Assembly: GCA_029856155.1 (NCBI GenBank)
Contig: JAHQWL010000079.1
Span: 1 to 20,322 of the forward strand
Reading direction: 5' to 3'
DNA: 20,322 bases
From: Promethearchaeia archaeon
Lineage (GTDB): Archaea > Asgardarchaeota > Lokiarchaeia > Sigyniarchaeales > SOKP01
The translations under genes were made by a program, and so were the position numbers. The notes under the pieces were generated by a model. It was not told the origin of the DNA, did no database searches, and saw nothing but the letters and a program-made list of their open reading frames with translations. Position 1 is the first letter of the stretch; every line of letters begins with the position of its first letter. Of this stretch, positions 9,227-16,504 are shown piece by piece.

Positions 9227-11626
9227 TTAACGTCTTAAAATTTCTTTATAAAGATTTTGAATGAAGCCTTCAAAATCATCATTGGTATATTTAACATTTA
9301 ACATCGGCATCAACATATAGGGAATAAATTTTTCTTCTTCATGCACAGGAATAATTTTCATGACTTCCTTTTTCTGTAACTGAAATGCAGCTTGCCATTG
9401 ATCCTTCACGTCCCTAGATTTTTCAGAATTTTCAGAGCAAAATATTATAAATACATTTGAATTTTGTAGTGCTTCTTCCATCAATTCTACTACATTTTGA
9501 TAACTTTTCTCTTCCCAATAAAAAACTTTATCTATTTCTGGATATTCTTCTAAAGCTTTTGCTATTTTTGCTAAATTAAAATTTTCAGAATCATCAACTG
9601 AAAAACATAAAAATATTTTTAATTTTCGTTCTATATGTGGTTCAAGTACTGCTTCCTGTGTTTGTATACTTTGTTCAGTTTCTATAACTAATTCAATATG
9701 TTCTGATTTTTCTCCAGTTCCCATTTTTATCTTTCCTAATCTAATAGCTATCATTATTAAAACAGCCAAAGCAAGTAATGATATTAAAATTATAATAAAT
9801 AACCTAACATACTCATAAGGTGTATTATCTCCACTCGGAGGAGAAATAAAAACGTTACTTTCTATAACGTTTCCCACACAATTTATCTCTTTAATGTTTT
9901 CCTCATTATTTAAGAATTCATTAAACTTTACAATATTATAATCAGATTCATAAAAATAAATTCCAAATTGATTATGTTTTATTGAATTTTCAATTATAAT
10001 GTTGTGAGAGCTTAATAATAGGTAAATTCCCGCGTGAAAATTTCCATTTATAGAATCATAATTTAATTTTATAGTGATATTATGACTATTAATCAATTTA
10101 ATCCCATTCCATCCGTTATCATAGATAAAACTGCCTATAATTGTAATATTATGACAATCTATCAAAATAATACCGTTGCCATTATAAACGTACGTGTTAT
10201 TAGAAAGAACACCATTAGATACATTAAACAATTTAATACCAGCACTATCAGAATTATATAATGATTCTTGAAACTCACAATAAATCATTTGAAAGTATTT
10301 TATAGAATTTCTAATTTCAATACAACTGCTAAGATTATTTCCATCTATCCACAAATTTTGAAGGATGTAAGGATCACTATCAGTCCCAGATCCAGAACAC
10401 CAATTTTTATCCGCCATTTCTGCCCATGTATAATCCGCATTTCCTAAATCATCAATTATAAAGGGTGATTGCGGAAGAGGTTGACTCTCTACGTAAATAT
10501 AATTAGTTTTATATTCATAGTCTGTTTCGTTGTTTTTATCTTTAATCCATAAGCTTACTGAAAAGTATCCTGTTGAATTATATTGATGAATAGGGTTTTC
10601 TAAAGTGGAGTTTGTTGAACCATCTCCAAAATTCCATTGGTAAGTAGTCGGTGTAGTTCCATCATTACCTGTAAATTCAAATTGAATCCAATCTCCCATA
10701 ACAATATAAGTTTCATTTGCTGTAAAATCTGCTAAAGGCATACTTTCATCATAATATCTGATAGAATAATCTGCTATATCGGTTGCAGGATTATTTGGTT
10801 CCACTAATAATATATAGGTTGCAGAACTTAAAGGTGTGTAGCTCATATATTCTGGATCAGATGTTCCGCTTGATAGAGCTAGCACATCGTTAGTAAGATC
10901 TTGATAAGTTACTAAACGCATATCAAGGTTACCTGACCCAGAAGTACGTTCAAGTTTGAATTCATAAGTGATACCTGCCGATAGAGTTACAAAATAAGCA
11001 TCTACAAAATCAGTGTCTGTTATACTTCCTTCATATTTTTGTTTAATGTTCATTGTTATAATCCATTCATAAATGAGTTCGACAATATATTCATAATTAG
11101 GATCAACTGTCCACCCACTACCAACATCATACCAGCTGTTACCGATACTCGGGGTATCACCACAGAGTGCAATACAATCATCTGAGGGATCCATTCCTAT
11201 AAAACGTACCCATGGATTATCATCAATAAGATAAGTAGGTCCTAAGCAACGAAAAGTCCTCCAAGTAGGAGTAAGCCCCACATCAGGAATTCCTAAATCT
11301 AAATATCCAACCCAAAAACTATCACCTTCAAAACGTATCTCCACATCGTAAGGTCCTGTTCCAGGTCCATAGTTAACATACCTATATCTTACTCCTGTAC
11401 TAATAAGGGAGCCTTCAAATAAATTATAATAGATTGCTAAGTTTTCCATATCTCCGTATGTGTCATCGTTTACAACATAAGCCGCTTCATGAGTAGTATC
11501 ATCAAAATTACCCGCATGTCTGGCGGGAGTTGCAGTTCCATTAATGATATAATTTGGTAAAATAATTATAATCAAAGTAAAGGTTAAGATTGAAACTTTT
11601 AATAACTTTAAGTCTAGAGTTTTCAT
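9227..11626 (-). CDS. Single-pass membrane receptor-like protein: signal peptide, shared head + PPC-like domain, PKD, NosD/CASH beta-helix, TM, TIR domain with Glu->Gln
   Basis: PKD WNFGDG...NPIHQY, GSGTDSDPYIL lead-in with GIxL-x2-S-x-N beta-helix repeats, TM LFIIILISLLALAVLIMIAI, TIR KIFLCFS...FCSENSEKSRDVKDQW (Q743, nt 9398-9400). Confidence 0.85.
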   Translation of the reverse strand: MKTLDLKLLKVSILTFTLIIIILPNYIINGTATPARHAGNFDDTTHEAAYVVNDDTYGDMENLAIYYNLFEGSLISTGVRYRYVNYGPGTGPYDVEIRFEGDSFWVGYLDLGIPDVGLTPTWRTFRCLGPTYLIDDNPWVRFIGMDPSDDCIALCGDTPSIGNSWYDVGSGWTVDPNYEYIVELIYEWIITMNIKQKYEGSITDTDFVDAYFVTLSAGITYEFKLERTSGSGNLDMRLVTYQDLTNDVLALSSGTSDPEYMSYTPLSSATYILLVEPNNPATDIADYSIRYYDESMPLADFTANETYIVMGDWIQFEFTGNDGTTPTTYQWNFGDGSTNSTLENPIHQYNSTGYFSVSLWIKDKNNETDYEYKTNYIYVESQPLPQSPFIIDDLGNADYTWAEMADKNWCSGSGTDSDPYILQNLWIDGNNLSSCIEIRNSIKYFQMIYCEFQESLYNSDSAGIKLFNVSNGVLSNNTYVYNGNGIILIDCHNITIIGSFIYDNGWNGIKLINSHNITIKLNYDSINGNFHAGIYLLLSSHNIIIENSIKHNQFGIYFYESDYNIVKFNEFLNNEENIKEINCVGNVIESNVFISPPSGDNTPYEYVRLFIIILISLLALAVLIMIAIRLGKIKMGTGEKSEHIELVIETEQSIQTQEAVLEPHIERKLKIFLCFSVDDSENFNLAKIAKALEEYPEIDKVFYWEEKSYQNVVELMEEALQNSNVFIIFCSENSEKSRDVKDQWQAAFQLQKKEVMKIIPVHEEEKFIPYMLMPMLNVKYTNDDFEGFIQNLYKEILRR

Positions 11627-11680
11627 TTATTTTTGAATCCCTTTATTCTTTAATTTTGATCTACCACTAATTTTAGACTC

Positions 11681-14600
11681 CTACTTTCTGAATTTTTTTC
11701 TAATAAGAATTAAAGTTAATAGAGAAATTAAACCGATTATTAATAAATTGTACCCTGGAATTGCTCCAGAACCTGTTGTAGGACTGTATGCAAGCTCCTT
11801 AATTACAATTAATTCCACATATCCTTGGTTTCCAGAAGTATCTAGTACATAAAATTCAATGGTCGATTGTCCCTCAGGCAATGCATCCCATAGAGTCTCA
11901 TCAATTACACCTATCAGATCTGTAATCACATACGTAGTGATACCCCCATCTAAAGTATACCAGATGCTTTGTAATCCATATTCTTCTATACTAATATCAT
12001 CAATAGATATATAATAAGCGGGGGAAAACTTTCCGAAAGATTGATTGTATTCGGGAGCTAAAATCGTAATAGTGGGTGCAATTGTATCTCTGACATGGAT
12101 AATAAAAGAACCATTTTCAAAATTGTTATATATATCATATACTCGAACCTCTAATGAATAAGTACCTAATGATAAAGGATTGAAATTTACAATCACTCCA
12201 TCATCATTAATAATGAAATGAGTTGTATCATTTATCCACCAATGATCAAATGCCGAAAGATCTGAAGCATTTAAATCTAATCTAAATAAGTTTCCGTATT
12301 CAAGAATTTGATTTGTAATAATTTCAGGGTCAAAAGTGGGGGCTGTTGTATCTTGGACTGTAATAGTTATAATAGTATTGCAATATGTATTATATAGGTT
12401 ATAAGCTCTTACTTGTAGCCAATATATTCCAATAGATAAGGGTAAAGCATTAATAATTGTCCCATTTCCGGATATTTGAAAGTTTAAGGTATCATTTATC
12501 CACCATTGATAAATACCCCAAATACTCGAAGCATTTAGATCATATATTAAATTGTTACCATACTCTACGACTTGATCGATTGGAATTTGATCCCAAATTG
12601 GGGGTGAAGTGTCCTGTACTGTAATCTTTATGATAGCACTACAATTCAAACCGTACGGATCATATGCTATAATTTCCAGCCAATATTGTCCTATAAATAA
12701 GGTGGTAATATTAGTAATAATACCATTTCCATCAATATTAAAATTAGAGGTATCATTAATCCACCATTGATAAATCCCAGAGAGATCAGTAGCGTTTAGA
12801 TCATAATTGAATTTGTCGCCAAACTTTATAGATTGGTCTATGGGATTTTGATCCCAACTTGGAGGTGTTGTATCCCGTACTGTAATCTTAATGATAGCAC
12901 TACAATTCAAACCATAAGGATCATATGCTATAATTTCCAGCCAATATTGTCCTATAAATAAGGTGGTAATATTAGTAATAATACCATTTCCATCAATATT
13001 AAAATTAGAGGTATCGTTAATCCACCATTGATCAATTCCTGAAAAATCTGAAGCATTTAAATTAAAAATAAAGTAGGAGCCTAATTCAATAGTTTTATCA
13101 GAAGGTATCTGTATCCAAATTGGGGGTGTTGTATCCTGTACTGTAATCTTTATGAAAGCACTACAATTCAAACCATAAGGATCATATGCTATAATTTCCA
13201 ACCAATATTGTCCTACTAATAATGAAGTAATATTAGTTATAACACCATCTCCATCTATATTAAAATTAGAGGTATCGTTAATCCACCATTGATCAATTCC
13301 AGAGAGATCTGAAGCATTTAAATTATAAATAAAGTAGGAGCCTAATTCAATAGTTTTATCAGAAGGTATCTGAATCCAAATTGGGGATGTTGTATCCTGT
13401 ACTGTAATCTTTATGAAAGCACTACAATTCAAACCATAAGGATCATATACTATAATTTCCAGCCAATATTGTCCTATAAATAAGGTGGTAATATTAGTAA
13501 TAATACCATTTCCATCAATATTAAAATTAGAGGTATCGTTAATCCACCATTGATCAATTCCAGAGAAATCAGTAGCGTTTAAATCATAATAAACTCCGGA
13601 TCCCAACTCTAAGGCTTGATCAGTAGGAATTTGATCCCAAGTCGGTGGTGTAGTGTCTTGTACTGTAATTTTCAAAAAAGAAGATAGAACATTATCATAC
13701 GAATCATTTACTTGAATTTTTAACTGATATATTCCCATGGAAAGAAATGAATTGTTGCTAATGACACCATTCGAATCAATTTGAAAGTCAATTGTATCAT
13801 TAATCCACCAATGATCTATTCCAGAAGGATCAGTGGCATTTAAGTCATAATAAAGGGGATTCCCAAATTCTATAAATTGATTAGAAGGTATTTGAATCCA
13901 AGTAGGAGGCGTTGTATCTAATACACCTTCACTCATAAAAAATATAAAATGGGTAACTTGTTTTCCTTCCGAATCAGAGCCATCCCAAATAATCTCATCA
14001 TAACCATCTCCATTTATATCCCTTACTCTTAACCTCAAGTCATAATAGTGATTGTAATATATTTTATCTAATTTAATTTCAATTGGATCACCAAAAGAAG
14101 TCCCAAGCCAAGAGTAAATTCGAATAACATCGGTCCAATATTGATTACTCCCCGAATCAGGACAAAAAAAGCTTACATATCTTCCATATAAATCATTAGA
14201 AAATAGTTTTCCCACTCCATACATAGAATTTTGGTTTGATACTTGTTTGACTAATTGTTGATAAGAAAAACTACTAGTAGAAGAATCATAAATAATAATG
14301 TACCGATAATTATCAATCCATGTACTTGCCATCCCAACAACTAAATCTTCATTACCATCTCCGTTAAGATCTTCATGATCATCGAATTGGTCTAGAAATG
14401 TTGGATCCCGGTTGAGCCAATATTCCTTTAATAAAGAATAAGAATGAGAAGAATCATCATAGATCCTAATTCCACCATCGAACCCACTGTTATATCCCCA
14501 ACTATAAACAATCTCATCGAAATTATCTCCATCTATATCAATCATCGTAGCATCAGCTATCCCATCCCAACCTTGTGTGGAAGGATCATCAAAAGATTTT

Positions 14601-16426
14601 AATTCTTCAAATCCAGTACCATTATATGAAATTACACGTCTTCTTCCCTCATGACCACCATATGCAATTCCATTATCTGCATAAACAAATTCTTCTTTAC
14701 CGTCATTGTCTAGATCGCCAAAACAAATTTTGCCACGGTCGTCGTAACCGGTATCCCAAATGTTTTCAAGACTTAGAATTTTTGATTCCCAATCATAATA
14801 ATAAAAATAATAATCATAACTAGTAGCAGGCATTCCAACTAATTCATTTATTCCATCTCCATCATAATCTCCAAATTCATAAACTGAAATAGGAATATTA
14901 TCATAAAATTCGCAATCATTTCCAGTAAATGTGTATATAGAGGTTTCATAATTAGGCATATGCCTAATTAGTTCTAATTTACCATCATTATTAAGATCAA
15001 TAAAATTAAAATTTTTTCTTTCACTCGCATCATTTTCCCATGTTACATTAAAATCAATCGCATAATCACTAAATGGATCAGAATAAAAACTTATACTTGT
15101 TGAATTCATAGTGATAATATCGTGTGCTGGAGCTGATGGATTACCATAATAAGCGCTTACTGATATTACTTCAAAATTTAAAACTTGTGTCGGTTTTGAA
15201 TAATCACCTAGTCCATAGACTCCTAATGAATCGTTATCAAGTATAACTAAATGAAAAATTTCAGGATCGTAAAAGGGATTTCCTAGAAATTCTGGTTTTC
15301 TCGTCCATTTAATACCAGAAAGACTCCCTATTAATGTTCCACTATTAAGATAATACGTACGTAGAACTCCTTCATCATCATGGGCGGCATATCCATTTCC
15401 TTGATCATCAATATAATATATGGGATCTCCAGATCTCGTATACCCAGAAACCCAAATGTTGCTACCATCACTTCCACTCAACAACTGGAAATCATCATTT
15501 CCATCTCCATTTTGTGGAGTCACTAAAATATCAAAAAAACCATCACTATCTTGATCTGGACAAACAGCTTCACCCCAAGAATCAAAACCAATATCTCCTG
15601 AAGTCCAAACTAATGAACCATTTGCACCACTCCAACAATGAATTCTATCAACATAATTTGCACCTGTGATGATATCCCATATATTATCTCCATCTATATC
15701 TGGGATTGGGTTAAGATGGGGGTTTGTACTATATGGATCTGATTGTGAATAATAATTTGACCAAATCATTGTCTTGTCGCTGGAGTTTAATATGCCATAG
15801 GATTTGTCGTTTCTACTCATAATAATTTCGGGCTTACCATCTCCCGTAAAATCCTCAATTAATGCTTGTGGAATATTTGTCGATCCGAAAGGCTCTCCAA
15901 CATATAAAATTTTACCTGTTTTACCGTCTAAAATCCCCATACTATTATTTTGGAAACATCCAATGACGTCCATTACACCATCGAAATTCTCATCATAAAA
16001 GGCTGGAAAATACCAACCCATCTCTCCACGAGACCTTAATATTTTGCCATCATATGTTGTTAGATAAGCATAGAAATAATCTTTAGACCAAAGAATATTC
16101 CCGTCATGATCAAAAACAGTGGTATTCCAATTCGAACTTATACTGGTTGTAACAATAATATCATCAAAGCCATTATCATTCAGATCAGGGTATATTATGA
16201 AATTACCCCAATCTAATGTTGTTCCAAAATTTTTTGTCCATTTTTCTACATATTGCAAAGATGATCCATTTGAGGGATTTAAATCTGAATTTGAATGGAA
16301 CTTATCCATATTTTTATTTAAATTAAAATCTATAAGTGAATAAATTTGAAAAATGAGGATAAAAGATAAGAAGAGAAAAACTAAATTTGATTTATGGGAT
16401 CTAAAATATCTATATTTTCCAGTCAT
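11681..16426 (-). CDS. Large surface adhesin-like protein: two FG-GAP/VCBS-type beta-propellers, 7 Ig-like repeats, terminal Ig-like domain, Loki-CTERM-like anchor
   Basis: About 11 DxD/NxDGxxD/E-hh Ca-binding loops (e.g. DFTGDGKPEII, GDYDGDGINELV, GDLDNDGKEEFV, RDINGDGYDEII), DTTPPxW repeats, and C-terminal IPGYNLLIIGLISLLTLILIRKKFRK. Confidence 0.85.
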   Translation of the reverse strand: MTGKYRYFRSHKSNLVFLFLSFILIFQIYSLIDFNLNKNMDKFHSNSDLNPSNGSSLQYVEKWTKNFGTTLDWGNFIIYPDLNDNGFDDIIVTTSISSNWNTTVFDHDGNILWSKDYFYAYLTTYDGKILRSRGEMGWYFPAFYDENFDGVMDVIGCFQNNSMGILDGKTGKILYVGEPFGSTNIPQALIEDFTGDGKPEIIMSRNDKSYGILNSSDKTMIWSNYYSQSDPYSTNPHLNPIPDIDGDNIWDIITGANYVDRIHCWSGANGSLVWTSGDIGFDSWGEAVCPDQDSDGFFDILVTPQNGDGNDDFQLLSGSDGSNIWVSGYTRSGDPIYYIDDQGNGYAAHDDEGVLRTYYLNSGTLIGSLSGIKWTRKPEFLGNPFYDPEIFHLVILDNDSLGVYGLGDYSKPTQVLNFEVISVSAYYGNPSAPAHDIITMNSTSISFYSDPFSDYAIDFNVTWENDASERKNFNFIDLNNDGKLELIRHMPNYETSIYTFTGNDCEFYDNIPISVYEFGDYDGDGINELVGMPATSYDYYFYYYDWESKILSLENIWDTGYDDRGKICFGDLDNDGKEEFVYADNGIAYGGHEGRRRVISYNGTGFEELKSFDDPSTQGWDGIADATMIDIDGDNFDEIVYSWGYNSGFDGGIRIYDDSSHSYSLLKEYWLNRDPTFLDQFDDHEDLNGDGNEDLVVGMASTWIDNYRYIIIYDSSTSSFSYQQLVKQVSNQNSMYGVGKLFSNDLYGRYVSFFCPDSGSNQYWTDVIRIYSWLGTSFGDPIEIKLDKIYYNHYYDLRLRVRDINGDGYDEIIWDGSDSEGKQVTHFIFFMSEGVLDTTPPTWIQIPSNQFIEFGNPLYYDLNATDPSGIDHWWINDTIDFQIDSNGVISNNSFLSMGIYQLKIQVNDSYDNVLSSFLKITVQDTTPPTWDQIPTDQALELGSGVYYDLNATDFSGIDQWWINDTSNFNIDGNGIITNITTLFIGQYWLEIIVYDPYGLNCSAFIKITVQDTTSPIWIQIPSDKTIELGSYFIYNLNASDLSGIDQWWINDTSNFNIDGDGVITNITSLLVGQYWLEIIAYDPYGLNCSAFIKITVQDTTPPIWIQIPSDKTIELGSYFIFNLNASDFSGIDQWWINDTSNFNIDGNGIITNITTLFIGQYWLEIIAYDPYGLNCSAIIKITVRDTTPPSWDQNPIDQSIKFGDKFNYDLNATDLSGIYQWWINDTSNFNIDGNGIITNITTLFIGQYWLEIIAYDPYGLNCSAIIKITVQDTSPPIWDQIPIDQVVEYGNNLIYDLNASSIWGIYQWWINDTLNFQISGNGTIINALPLSIGIYWLQVRAYNLYNTYCNTIITITVQDTTAPTFDPEIITNQILEYGNLFRLDLNASDLSAFDHWWINDTTHFIINDDGVIVNFNPLSLGTYSLEVRVYDIYNNFENGSFIIHVRDTIAPTITILAPEYNQSFGKFSPAYYISIDDISIEEYGLQSIWYTLDGGITTYVITDLIGVIDETLWDALPEGQSTIEFYVLDTSGNQGYVELIVIKELAYSPTTGSGAIPGYNLLIIGLISLLTLILIRKKFRK
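12089..13918 (-). repeat. Intragenic tandem repeat, 7 units of 261 nt (87 aa; last unit 264 nt)
   Basis: Asp codon of the DT(T/S) unit start recurs at 13918, 13657, 13396, 13135, 12874, 12613 and 12352. The central four units are near-identical at DNA level. Confidence 0.92.
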
Positions 16427-16485
16427 TTTGAATCACTATTTTGGAATTCTTTAAATTCTAGTTAATTTTTTTTAAGGCTATTTTA

Positions 16486-16499
16486 TTTTATATAAAAAA
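16486..16499 (-). promoter_or_regulatory. T-tract overlapping a TATA-like palindrome (possible terminator of the upstream gene and/or promoter of the 1581-aa gene)
   Basis: Minus strand reads TTTTTTATATAAAA 5 nt after the stop at 16505, about 60 nt before the ATG at 16426. Confidence 0.3.
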
Positions 16500-16504
16500 C
16501 ATTT

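Noticed and set aside
7656-11626. Calling the TIR genes Thoeris, CBASS or true TLR orthologues
   Set aside because: No ThsA, cyclase, SAVED/STING or LRR domains are present; the similarity to TLR/IL-1R is architectural only.
12089-13918. Repeat array as CRISPR or diversity-generating retroelement TR/VR
   Set aside because: Units are 261 nt, in frame and protein-coding with no spacers. No reverse transcriptase in the window, and differences are block-wise rather than adenine-specific.
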